From: the human T2T-CHM13v2.0 reference genome, Homo sapiens | DNA: 64,000 nucleotides | Strand: one strand, 5' to 3' | NCBI RefSeq assembly: GCF_009914755.1 | Contig: NC_060929.1 | In this document: piece by piece, positions 15,161 to 31,030 of the stretch | How positions within the stretch are numbered: position 1 is the stretch's first letter | Layout of the letters: the number at the start of each line of letters is the position of its first letter | Made by a program: the position numbers and the translations under genes | Notes under the pieces: generated by a model | The model's database searches: none | What the model was told of the DNA's origin: nothing | The model's input: the letters and a program-made list of their open reading frames with translations, nothing else

Positions 15161-15482
15161 TCATCCTTTACCATTCTTGCCCAGAAACATGGATTTTTGT
15201 ATGTGTGTGTGCCATAAATAAGAAATTAAGAAAACAGATGAGACGGTAAAATATTCCGCACACAGAAGCACTTTAATGACTGTCGAGTAAACGACTTAAA
15301 TGAAGAACCAGGAGAGAGAACGAAGAACAAGCTATCTCTCTGCCTTTTATTTGGTTAATTTTCATTTCATTTCACCACAACTTTAATGGTGCTAAGAAGA
15401 AATTGTTGAAAATTTAGAAAAGGAATTGTGGAAGTTACTACATCACAATATACTTGCTTTTTTTAAAAAAAAATAAAATTAA

Positions 15483-15881
<399 letters not shown>

Positions 15882-16280
15882 TGAGAGAGGGATGGCAAGC
15901 AGAACTCAGGGCCCGCAGAGCTGATGCAGGTAGCTCATCTCCCACACCTTGGGCATTTCTCAGCCATAAAATGGTCCGTAGAGCCTTATGATCAAAATAA
16001 GATTGTTTACCATGTCATTGCTCATTATGTGACTCACTGTGCTGTTTCTTAAACATTATTAAGTTTCTTAAACATTATTATTTAACTCTGAGGTATACTA
16101 TTATTTTTCCTTTTTTGTGCAAGAGGAAACTCGGGCATAGAGCAGTTGTGTCACCGATAGTCTCAAAGCAAAGCCAACAATTAAAACCACGTTATGCCTG
16201 ACATCAAAGTGGGGCTTTTAACCATTGCTTGATACTGTGCTCACATCTCAATTCTTGCTACTTGTGAGTAGGGATTAGTC

Positions 16281-16472
16281 TTTTTTGTTTTGTTTGTCTT
16301 TTTTTTTTTCGTTTATTTGGAGACAAGGTCTCTCTCTGTCATCCAAGCTGCCTGGTGGGAGTGCAGTGGTGCTATCACGGCTCATTGTAGCCTCAACTTC
16401 CTTGCTCAAGTGATCCTCCTACCTCAGCCTCCCAAAGCACTAAGGTTACAGGTGTAGTCACTGCACCTGACC
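16281..16472 (-). mobile_element. Old Alu (AluJ/monomer-like, deleted)
   Basis: T-rich tail, partial Alu body. Confidence 0.75.
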
Positions 16473-16967
16473 TTCTTAGTCTTTAGAAGACTCAGTTTAC
16501 TCATATAAAATGAACATTATAATATTAGTACCCATTTAATGTTCACAGGGTTGCAATGAACATTAAATGGGAGTTCACTGAAGGTATTTTGTGAAATGTA
16601 CATCACTATTAGCAGATCTAAGCTTCATCAGATTGTCTCGAATTATTTTCAACTGCAATTGAATTTTCTACCTTGGTTATTAAATCTTGTGGGATCACCT
16701 AAATAAATGTGTAAGCAATGTTGAAGAAAAGAGAAAGGTATACTGCATACCTGAGTTGGCACCTCTATATTTCTATAGTACTGTACACCATGATAATCAA
16801 CTAGATAAAGACAGCTATAGGTAACGACATTTTCTAATCCTTAGCAGTTGTAAGTACACATTGCATGTAGTCATGAGTTGCCTCAAATACAGCATGTTTT
16901 AACAGTCTTATAAATCACTTCCCAAGATGGTAGAAAGGGCTCACTTTCCAGACAAGAATCCTTTCTT

Positions 16968-17293
<326 letters not shown>

Positions 17294-17491
17294 TTATACC
17301 ACATAAAAGCATAAACACTTCCCTAGTCTTGAGCTCTTTGTTCTGGGTGTTTATTTAAGAGAGTCACTTCAGAATCCCCCTTACTGGCTGTTCTCTTGTC
17401 TGTTATATGATCTGCTCCAGCCCAGTAAATCCTTTAGTGTGAATCCCTTAGTTATAGAAAATGAGATCTTTCCTTTCCTTAACTATTCTGT

Positions 17492-17775
17492 GGCTGGGCA
17501 CGGTGGCTCATGCCTGTAATCCCAGCATTTTGGGAGGCCGAAGTGGTGGGATCGCTTGAAGTCAGGAGTTCGAGACCAGCCTGGCCAATGTGATGAATCC
17601 CTGTCTCTACTAAAAATACAAAAATTAGCCTGGCATGGCTGCGCATGTCTGTAATCCCAGCAACTCAGGAGACTGAGGCAGGAGAATTGCTTGAACCCAG
17701 GAGGCAGAGATTGCAGTGAGCCAAGCTCGCGCCACTGCACTCCAGTCTGGGAGACAGAAAGAAAAAAGAAAAAAT
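17492..17775 (+). mobile_element. Alu (AluS-like)
   Basis: Alu body with A tail. Confidence 0.9.
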
Positions 17776-18309
17776 TCTGTAAAGCGTGTATACTTGTGTA
17801 AAAAAGCTGACCAATGAATTCTGCTATAGAGTGTGGCCAAAGGAAAACAATTCAAATAGAAAATTGGATGAAAGTATTTTGTGTATAGAGTAGATTTGTT
17901 TGGGGGACACTAGAATAGCTATTGAATAGATATATCATTAGTACAAAGTATGTGAAATAACTTCACAAGTCATTCATGGATTTTGTGTTTCTGGATAAAA
18001 GGCAGAAAAAAATTTAAAAGGAAGCTGTCATTTTCTTCATCTCGTAACTTTTATAAAATTATCATTCAAATGATACACACTGAAAATAATCATTATTAAA
18101 ACTATTTAACATTTCTTTTTTTAGTGAGTTCTATTATAACCATTTAAGCAAATGTATTGATTTATTGAACATCCTGGAAGATAAAAATATTTTAAACACG
18201 CAAATGGAAAATAGACACACTTTTTGTTTGGAAATGATGAATCTGTGCTTGTTTCCCCTCCTCCCTTCTAACATGCCACACTATTAAAGTGACGAGAGGG
18301 AGACTTTAC

Positions 18310-19805
<1,496 letters not shown>

Positions 19806-21279
19806 AGAGAAAGACTTTTCTATGAGGCTGTTTTTATATCTCAATTTTATACTTCCTTAGGATATCACCTCTCTATTCATAACCTTTTTTTAAAAAAAAA
19901 AACCCATTCCCTATAGCAAAGGATACCCCTTTAAGAAGAAGGGAGGCCGTAGCCACATAGATTTCCTCCAGGATAGTCAGGGGCCCTATGCTTAATTCAC
20001 AGGGAGTCCCTCTGCTTCATTTTCTGCTTTATTCTTCTTTCTTGTTGCTGGAGTGATTAACTTAATGTGACTACCCAGAAGCCAGAGGCAAAGTTGTTCT
20101 TCAAATTTCAAATCAAAACAGGATAGCAGGTGTGAAATTTTTAATAATGGCTTTATCTAGACTAGATCTGGAATATTAGGGGAGGGGACTTTTTAATATT
20201 ACCTGTGGATTCCATTCTAACACTCCACTGTCACCCCAAAGGGTAAGCACCTGCAGGAAAAAGCCTATGTTATAGCCAACAGGACACTTTTTTCAGGCAA
20301 CAAATGTAAGGATTATGTAATCATTCAAACTTTTACATTGTTCTAGCACTTCCTACTAGAGAATACAAAGATTACAAAGTTGCATTACAAAGTTATTGTA
20401 AATAAGATTACAAAGTGCATGAGAGACTGGGACTTTGAGGTGGGTAAAGATAATTTGCTATTGCTACTTCATGAATTGGTAGTAATACTAAAAAGCAACT
20501 CACACAATTTTTGAAGAACTTTACCACCTACCGCATTATGTCAGGAATAAATGAGTGTCATCTGCACATTTGTTTCAGGAGGGTAATAAATTATATGATA
20601 AACACAGAGGAAACATCCTTGCTATTTCTCCCCATACATGTTGACTTTGCATAAGCTTAGTGCTCAGGTTTTTATGAAAATTAACTCCTTTTTCCCAACA
20701 GAGGCTGGCAACACTGGGAAGAAGAGAAATTCTAAAATAGCTGCTTAATTTTCTTCCTTCTCCCACTACCTGGTTTATTTGTTATTTAAATACTCTATAG
20801 ATACTTTAGTAATAGGTGCAGTTCTGGATGTTGCTTTTTAAAGGTGATAGTATCTGTTCTAGAGTAAAAATACCTGAGAGGAAATTGTGATAAGTGAAAG
20901 AGTGGTCTGGAAATCATAATTTTGAATATGTGCATAGGCACCTTAGAAAGTTTTGCTACCATGTGGCACAAGACACATAAGTATCACCAGTTTTGGTAGT
21001 CATCAAAATATATATCACTCCCCCACGTTTTTTTCATTTTTGTGGTTTATAAAGAGTCTGTGTTTCTATTTCAGATTAATTGCATTCTGCTCTGTGAGAG
21101 CTTACACATTTTTACAGACAATACAGCAAATAAGCATGTGCTGCAGATCAGGAATATGTGGAGAGGGAAATAGAAACATGGCCAGTGTGGGTAGAAAGAC
21201 CTAAACGTTGCCATACAGCTGAGCAGCTCTTAGAATTCAGTTGGTCTGTGACCAAAAAACAGCGCCTGTTACATGGCTC

Positions 21280-22339
21280 ATAGGTTTTGTTGTTTAATAA
21301 AACACAGAAGTGACACAGAAAGCTTTGGCTGCATGTGGATTTTGTTTTGTTAGTACAACTAATGGCATGTGGGCTTTGCCCAGCTCTGTGTATTTTCCCC
21401 ACATTTGGATGAATGAGGTAATGTGCTACTTACAGGGAGCTTGGTTTTTGGTCATAGGCTGTCTTCTCTTTGTGGTATTTCTATTTTAATTTCACATCCT
21501 ACCAGCTGCTTCTGGGATCATTGATGCTAAAGGGGTATGTTCATGGGGGTGGGTGGAAAAGAGGGAGGATGATATCAAAGGAATCTACTGTTCTTGTGTT
21601 GTTTCATGTCTTTATTTCCTCTACAACCTCCTGTAAGTCCAAGGCTGAGGCCATCCCTGTTGAGCAGGCAGAGAGGAAAAGGCATACGGGCATTAGGGAG
21701 AGGTCGACTGTGGGATGAAGGAGGACCTGTGCCAGCGAGGGGTTCTAGCTTGAAAGGTGAGACAGTCATTCTGGCTCATAGGAGAACATGCCATTGGCCC
21801 GCTGAAGGCTAGAGCAGGGTCTTGCTGTACCCCACTCGATATGTACTGCATGATCATGTGAGCAATACATGGTCATGATGAGCTAAAAATAGCCCCCCAC
21901 CCCTGACTTTTTTCTGGTAAGCAAATGAATATTTCAACCACCTTTTTTAATGGACTATCAGTGGCACTCACTCCCTAGACTGCTGTAGAGATTAAACAGG
22001 ATGCCAGTTTATGCACAGCAATAGAACTGCCTCTTCTCTCCATGCAAGAAAGCATTAGAGAATGCAAGTGAGGGAGAGAGAGTTCATTAGAAGGGATAAC
22101 CTCAAATCCACCCTAATTTGTGACAGCGGATCTTTCATAAACAACACTCTTTAGGTCAAATGTGCAGTGACCCAAGATGTTAAGAATCACTGCCTTTGAA
22201 CAGTAGCTTATGAAATGTGGGGAAAATACACAGGGCTGGGCAAAGCCCACATGCCATTAGTTGTACTAACAAAACAAAACCCACATACAGCCAAAGCTTT
22301 ATGTGTCACTTCTGTGTTTTATTAAACAACAAAACCTAT
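21280..22339. repeat. 127-bp inverted repeat pair (21280-21406 / 22213-22339), 806-bp spacer
   Basis: Manual reverse-complement alignment gives 123/127 identical, no gaps. Confidence 0.95.
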
Positions 22340-22343
22340 CATC

Positions 22344-22428
22344 TGGTCTCAAACTCCTGATCTTGAGTGATCTGCCCACCTGGTCATCCCAAAGTGCTGG
22401 GATTACAGGCATGAGCCACTGCGCCTGG
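22344..22428 (-). mobile_element. Alu fragment (5' ~85 bp only)
   Basis: ctggtctcaaactcctga...gagccactgcgcctgg; abuts the inverted-duplicated arm. Confidence 0.85.
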
Positions 22429-25400
22429 ACAATAAATATATTATTAAATATATATATTAAACTTCCCCAAGTGATTCTGGCATGCAGAATGGGAAGTACT
22501 TTCTAGAATCACTGATGTCATATACTGATGACAGCAGGCAGGACATAGGTGACCTTTCCAAAGAAGTGCAAAGACACACCCCCTGTGACAATTTGGATAA
22601 AAGATCCGAGTGACAAAAGTGCCATTGAAAGGACCTAATCCCCAGTCTCCAGCATGGGTTGGAGGCAGAACACTGGAAAAAGGACCAAATTTTCAAGCCA
22701 TGTCTCCTGTGGCCCCTGTACTGATCACCACATTGATACCAACCGTCCTTCAAATCTCCCTTAGACTATGAAGGGAATTGTATTCTATTCAAAGGACTGT
22801 GAGAACATCATGACTAGGAATATGAGTTAGGAGGCAACCTAGAGCCTGTCACTATCATTCCATCGTGAAAGCTGCAGCTATACAAAATGTGAATTCTAGG
22901 AAACATACCCAGTATTGTCATTCTCATGCATGGACGATAATAAGGCCATCTTGATAATAATAATAACTCACAAAAACTCAGCACTTCTTTTGGACTGTCC
23001 TAAGAACCCATTTTATAACCTTTTGGGGTGGGTACTCTTATTATTCCATTTTGCCAGTGAGGAAGTTAAGATACTGAGAGGTTAACTTACCCAAGTTACA
23101 AAGCTAGTAAATGGTAGAGCTAAAATTTACGTTTAGATGATCTGGTTTCAGAAATGGCTCCACTTTAACTACTACTCCATACTGCAGATCACAGAACCAT
23201 AAGGGGTGCTGTGATAACACCATCTTTGCAACTCCATAAAGGGACCAACAGATTTAATTCTGACCAAATTTGTATGGAGGCAGAAATAAAGGTTAGAATA
23301 ATTTTGCATTTGTAAATGATGACTTTAAAATTTACAACCTTACCATTCATTTAACATCCATGAAAGATGCTGCTTTTAGAATGTTTATGGAAATTGGACA
23401 GCTTTCTAAATGCTGTTTTAAAAAGTAGGATTCTTTTCATTTTCTAGCATTAGTTTTAGTCCCTATAAATTCAACTCCTATTATTATTGCTTACTATAGT
23501 ATTTAAATACTAGAAATCATGAACAGAACTCACTCTGACAATTTTACTATGCTTTGCACTTTAAACAAATATTGTCTTAGGAGCAGTGATGCATTCACTG
23601 TTATTTCCTGTCATCGCCATACATATCCATATTTTTTCTATTTGTATCTCTTTTATACTCATTCTATTTTTCAAGATTGTCTTTACGAAGATACATCTGT
23701 TTAGCTTTGGTGATTAGCAGAAACATTAGCAGACCTACTGTTTCAGAGCATAAATAATTAATGGATGTTCCTCATTAATTTCTTCTGAGACTGACTCTTG
23801 TTAGACTACAGTTAGATATATTTCTTGAATTAAGATCAGATATAAGGAGCACAGACTCTCCACCTATTTTGAAAATAGGCCATTTACTTTTGAGGGAAAA
23901 TTATGACATCCGAATCCATCAGTGGCAATAAAAGAAAACCTGTTTTAATGAGATGCAACACATGTCTTTTGTTTGTGAAGGGCCTTACATCACAAGGTGT
24001 CCATTCTATGATTTGTTTCTTTAATTCTCTACACAAACCTGCCTTTTAATCAAACAGATTCAAAACACCAGGATCCTGCCTATTCCTGCACCTGACCTCC
24101 TTCCTCCCTTTGCTTTGTAAAACAGCCCCATTTCATTGCCTGCTGGGGGTCCGCTCTGAGTTGATATACATACAGTGGAACCTTTGCCCTGGTTTAATTT
24201 TTAGTTTCCACCCTTAATATTTATTAATATTACTATTATAAAACATCCCTTTTAAATAATCTGTTCACAATTAATGAACAGGCTATAAAAATATAGGTTC
24301 TGAGGCAAATAGCCCAGTGAAATACTTCGCTTGAAGGCTTTAGCCTAATTCATTGTTAGGTTTTCTTCCAAGAAAAAAATCAAATGCGCATCAGTGTTTG
24401 TTTGGTTCTGACACATAGAGTAGGTAAAACTTACCTGCCAAATGTCAACAGAATGTCTTCTTGGTCTTCCCAGGGATCTCAAGAAAATTGTTCAGCCTAG
24501 CTCTAAACTGGACTATACTTCACCCAAACAAAGGCAAATTGTGGATGGTTTAAAAACAAAACAACAAACTAAACTAGTAGAATAAGTGTATTATACAGAA
24601 GTGGGTGCCTCAAAGGTAGTGCTAAAGTGTCATATCTCCCAAATGTCTGTGCTAAAACTCTGAGTAATGGCAACCATTGCAGAAAAGAGAAGCTGTATTT
24701 CCTAGAAGTTTTCTTGGGCATACTGGCTCCTGAGGATTTATCCCAAGGTAATAATGCCAGGTATTAATGAAAAATGTCTGTGTCATCCTGAAGGGCCAGC
24801 AGTAGCAAATTGATTAAATAAATTACAGGAGAGCAATATGATTGAATAGACCCCACCAATTATAAATAATATTGCCATAATAAAAATAGCTAACTTTTTT
24901 GAGGACTTGTCAGGCATAGTGCTAAGTGTTAAATAATGATTTTAAAGAATGTTTTTTAAAAAGTCTCATTTAGTTTTACAATGATCCTTAAGGTACTTAT
25001 TATTATGCCCATTTTACAAAGAAGAAAAACAGAAGCACGGAGAGGTTAAGTAATTTGTCCAGGATCACATAGTAAAGAAATGGCAGAACTGAGCTATGAA
25101 TCCAGGTAAAAGAAAAATTTAAAAATGGTCCGAAGGGATTGTTAAAGGAGAAAAGGACACTATAAAACTGATTATCCAGTAAACTTGCATTTTAATTTTG
25201 AAAAAGGTAGGTTTTTTCACTAGTGATTATGTCATCTTTCTATTTTTAAAATTAAAAAAATAATTTTATATTTGAGACAAAATTGGGTTGTATTTGATAT
25301 AAAACATTTTGGCTATTTATAGTTCTACACTATGATGTCTACTTGGTGTCTACTTAATGACAACAAGATGACATTCCTTCCCTTGAGATTGCTGTCTAAA

Positions 25401-26060
25401 TTCAGTAAAGAGCAGGCAGCTTATTAAAACAAAAAAAAAGTCTAGAAAAAAATACAAAGCCCTAGTTTGCTGTTACATTTGTTTTGACTGTAATTTAGAA
25501 CTGATGCATAAAGAAAAAACTAGGCAATGACTCCTAGATGTCTAAACAACTGCAATGTACCCTGCAGATTGTGGCGGAGAGCCTGCCTGGCAAGAGTTAG
25601 ATGAAGGTATACAACAGGAAAAGTGCTCACTAGTGCACTCACAACTCAATCCCAGCATTGGTTTCTTTAATAAATGGAGCCATTAAGTTGCATTGAAGTG
25701 AATATACATTATTAGTATCGCTTACCATGTTTATGATCCACTCCATATCAAAGTGACATAAAAAGCAGAGTTAGTACCAATTAATATCCAATTGCTCATC
25801 AAACTTTAATTTGTATTTGCTTTCCCCTGATTGATACATCTTTTATAACTGAAAGGCTCCATCTCTTTATAACATATGCTATCATTCAGGGCCACTTGTT
25901 GTAATCACTCTGCAAACCAGCGTGAAATTGTCTAATAATTCACCCAGGTTTTGTCACAAGTGCCTGAAGTTACAGCAGTCTTTTAAAAGGAGCAGCAGTC
26001 TTGCTCAGAATGTTTGAAATTATTAAAACAGCAGATCAGATCCTTGGCTAGAAAGCAATC

Positions 26061-26381
<321 letters not shown>

Positions 26382-27349
26382 TGATTAATCAGATGATGAT
26401 TTTTCAGAGGCATGAGGTTTAATTGTTTTTACACTGATTGGTTTGGATTTTGGTAGCACAGTTGCAGAATAGAATTAATAGTAGGTTTTGGAGGAAGGTT
26501 GCAGTTGAGAAGTGTCACCTGTCAGCTTGGCTGAGCAACAGCAATTTTCAGTGGTTACTCATCCACAGCCAGTGCTAATTTGGATTGGACATACAGTGAA
26601 ACAAACAAACACAAGCACTGATATCCTTCATGTTACCCTTTAACAGGCCTTCTGCAGATAGTGAATTCAGAATCACTCAAGAGTCTTTATTTAGTCTGGC
26701 TGTTGCAAAGGCTTGAGGGTTATCCAGGGCATCAGATGGAATTCTCAGCACACAGTGGGACCTACGAGACTCTGGACCTTCCCTCTGCAGCAGAGTCAAA
26801 GCAAACCTTCTCAGTCGTCCAGGCCACGTCTGTTTTAAAGGCTCCTAAATATACATAAAATTTTTTCAGAAAAAATACTAAGATGGAACTATGAAACTGG
26901 CATATTTTAAATCCTCACCTTAAATAATGTAAATGCTATTTGAATTTAAAGAAAAGGAAGAAAAGAAGGAAGACAAGTGAAGAGGGAAAAGAATAAGAAT
27001 GACAGTGACTTTAAGTATAACCTCATTTAGAGAAAAATCTCAAAGATCTAAAGGTCTGGCCCCAAAAAGCCTGTCAGCCAACCTTTGTGGTAGGTCCCAA
27101 GCCCTAGTGAGCTTTGTTTGGAAGGATGGAGGCTGGGCAAATGCCTACATTCAGTGGTGCATCTGAAAGGGTGGTTTCTTCATCAAAACTGTAATGAAGA
27201 AGGATTTGGATGAAGGTTACATTCTCAGTGCTCCTTTTACATTTCCATCCTACAATTGGTGTCTGGGTGAGAGTATCTTGTGGGAGGGAACAGGCAAACC
27301 GACAGCATCCAAACCAAGCCGAAGGCATCCCTCACTCTCCCAACTAGGA

Positions 27350-27590
27350 AGCAATGGTATGGTTGTGAGAACACAAATCCTAGAGGCCTGCTTTCAAATC
27401 CTGGCTCTGCACCTTCCTAGCTGTGAGAAGTTGGCCATGTTACCAAACTTCTGAGCCTCAGTTTTCTTAGCTGTAAACAGAGGATAATAATGACACCCTC
27501 CTCCCCGTAGGATTGTTATGAGGATTAAACAAGATCACCCTCTGAAAGCACTGGGCACAGTGCCTGGCATAGCATAAATGTTCAATAATA
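27350..27590 (+). mobile_element. MIR SINE
   Basis: Core ctgagcctcagttttcttagctgtaaa...gattaaa...cacagtgcctggcatag. Confidence 0.75.
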
Positions 27591-29215
27591 CCACTAGGTA
27601 TTATTACAAAACGATTACTGGCTGAGCTCAAGCTTACAGAGCCAGGAATGTGGATATGTGGGAAGCTGTGCTTTCTTGCCTACTAGGACAGCCATTAACA
27701 GCCAGAAGCATTATGTTATCCAGGAAAACCCAAAAGAGAGCACTCACTTTATTTTTTAAATCATGAAATATTTCAGACTGCTATAAAGTTTAGAAGAGGA
27801 TATAACATACACCAAAGTTACCCATCACTCAAGAAATGAAATGTATCATGAGCAATAAAATGCTATGCAGTTATTAAAATGAATGAACTAGATCCATGTG
27901 GATAAATCTCAAAAACATAATGTTGATCAAAAAGAGCAAGTGGCAATAGAAGGCATATAATGTGATGCCATTTATATCAACTTTATAAACTTGCACAGTA
28001 ATGCTATGTTTAAATTGTTTAGTGATGCATGCATAGGTAGTAAAACAATCAAGACATGCAGGGGAATGATAAGCAATGCTTGTCTTAGGAAAGCTTTGAA
28101 GGATGGGAGCCCTTCAATTCTCAGGTGTCCTGGCTTTGTTCTCAGCAGGGCCTAGGTCAGGAGCTCCTCTCCCTGCTGTCTTTACACAGATGTTAGCCCC
28201 TGTGGAGGCAGAACTCCAGGCAAGCAGTGTTAAATACACTGAAAGCAAAATTCTCCCTTTGACTGTACTCGGCTCCCATTAAAGTCCAGGGGCGCTCTCT
28301 CTGCAGGCCTCAGTCTCTTTTTGACGCCGCGATGCCCCCTGCGCATCATGACGTGACATATCCAACCTGAATTCTGAAGGTTGGATGTAACATAAAAGCA
28401 GCCAACCAACAGCATAAATGTATATGAAATGAAATCAATAGAAAGTGTATTTTTTCCTTCTATTGAAGCTACTCCTGCGAGGGTACATCATAGGAGCTAG
28501 GACAGTGCTAGAGAGATACTAGCAGCAGGCAGGAGGCAGGAAGGGTGTGAGCAGGGGTGGGGGGAGCAGTGGAGGAGGGAGTCAGTGTTCACATTCACTG
28601 TGTGAACCAGGGCTTAGTGAGAAACGTCCTTGCTTTTCCCTCATCACTTAAAAAACAATCAATTATCCATGCTTCTGTGATAAAATAGAGATTTCTGCTT
28701 TGTTCACTTCATTTTAGCCTAAGAGGTCATGGCGAAAAAGAATGAGTTCTGAGATTGCATTTTCTGTCGCAAAAGGTTGATAGCAGATTATGAATTCATG
28801 ATAAAATTAAAAACTGAAATCAGGCAAAGAGAGAAATGGTTTTGTTCATGCATTTTTTTCCCTGCTAGCTTCACAATGGAATTTTTATATCTCATAATAA
28901 TAAAATTCTAGGCATTGCAATGAGTCCTTTGCATCGGTGATTTCATTTATCTCTCATGATAGACATACAAAGTGGTATTAGCATGCTTACATGAAACCAG
29001 AGGTACGCTGTAAGCCAGGATTGAACTCAGGGAGCCTGATTCCAAAGTCTGTGCTCTACTTGTCACCATACAATATGCCTGCCCCGACTGAAATTCGTGC
29101 TGTGAATAAATGTTCTTTGTGTACTAACGAAGTAATCTTCAAACTGCAGAAACTTTGCCACAATGCTCTATTGCTGGCAGGGCCTTGAGAATGATCTAAC
29201 ATGACCCTTTCTATC

Positions 29216-29224
29216 TTTTTTATT

Positions 29225-29255
<31 letters not shown>

Positions 29256-29542
29256 TTTTCTGAGATGGAGTCTTGCCCTGTCACCCAGGCTTGAGTGCAC
29301 TGTTGCAGTCTCGGCTCACTGCAACCTCCGCCTCCCGTGCTCATACGATTCTCCTGCCTGAACCTCCCGAGTAGCTGGGATTACAGATGCCTGCCACCAT
29401 GCCCAGCCAATTTTTGAATTTTTAGTAGAGATAGGTTTTCACAATGTTGGCCAGGCTGGTCTCGAACTCCTGACCTCGTGATCCACCCTCCTCGGCCTCC
29501 CAAAGTGCTGGGATTACAGGCGTGAGCCACCGTGCCCGGCCC
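29216..29542 (-). mobile_element. Alu
   Basis: TSD gaccctttctatctt. Confidence 0.92.
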
Positions 29543-30514
29543 GACCCTTTCTATCTTAAAGCTTATTTTATAGGTGATAATGTGGTCAGGTAGTTGACAG
29601 GGGACCTCTTCTCTAATCCCCCTCTTGTTCTAAAATTGCTACAGAGGTCAAATTGATACCTATTTCTTGGCTCTTGCCATCACTTCTCATAACTCTCCTC
29701 TCCTTTCTCAGGGCTGACCTCTGCACCTCCTTATATTACATGACCCTGTCCATCTCAGTCCTCAGGTGATTGGACTGTAGGTGAACACCTAACCTTGGGG
29801 AAAGCAATCACTAGTGGGTAGAATCAGCCAGGCTGTCTTCTGGGAATCTGGACAAAGAAAGAGAGAGTTGAGAAATAATGCTGTCTCCTTTCTTAATCAG
29901 AGTGATGCTGTTTAGAAATTCCTGAAGTCATCAGCTTCATAATTACATCCTACAGATCTGCTCTGTTGATTCTCAGCCTAGAGCAGTTTGTATATGTTGC
30001 CCCATCTTTGCTTCTTTTATCCCCTTCTCTCTTTTCAGAACTCTTTACTTGGGAGTCACTAAAACTTTTGCTACTACCACATCATCATTGCTTTGGGGGA
30101 TGTTTTGCAGGATTCCAGCTTATTTTACATTAGTTACACTTCAGAATGTTTTTCTTCTTATAGCAGATGATAGTAGAGGGGACTCATCTTAATCTCAAAA
30201 GTGTGCTATTTTTTGGAGTTGAGTATTATAATACACATTGATTTGCATTCATTGCATTTTCAGTGAATAATAGATATTTTCTGACCTCTTGTCATCAGCC
30301 TCCAGGCACACATTTTTAAAATGCACATGCAATTATCTGGTGTCATCTTGTGACTTTGCAGTGAATCCAAGGGCTGGATGGGAAAGTAGTCCATAAATGA
30401 GGCTTAGTATCTCTTTGGGTTCCTTGGTTGTGACAAAAGAAATTAAGTGTAACTTAAACAAAAAAAAAATTTACTAGAAACATGCAGAAGCTTACAGAAT
30501 TTAAGAAAGGCTGA

Positions 30515-31030
<516 letters not shown>

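Noticed and set aside
21280-22339. Inverted repeats as TIRs of an autonomous DNA transposon
   Set aside because: No TSD, no transposase ORF in the spacer, and one arm abuts a truncated Alu. Retained as a rearrangement finding instead.
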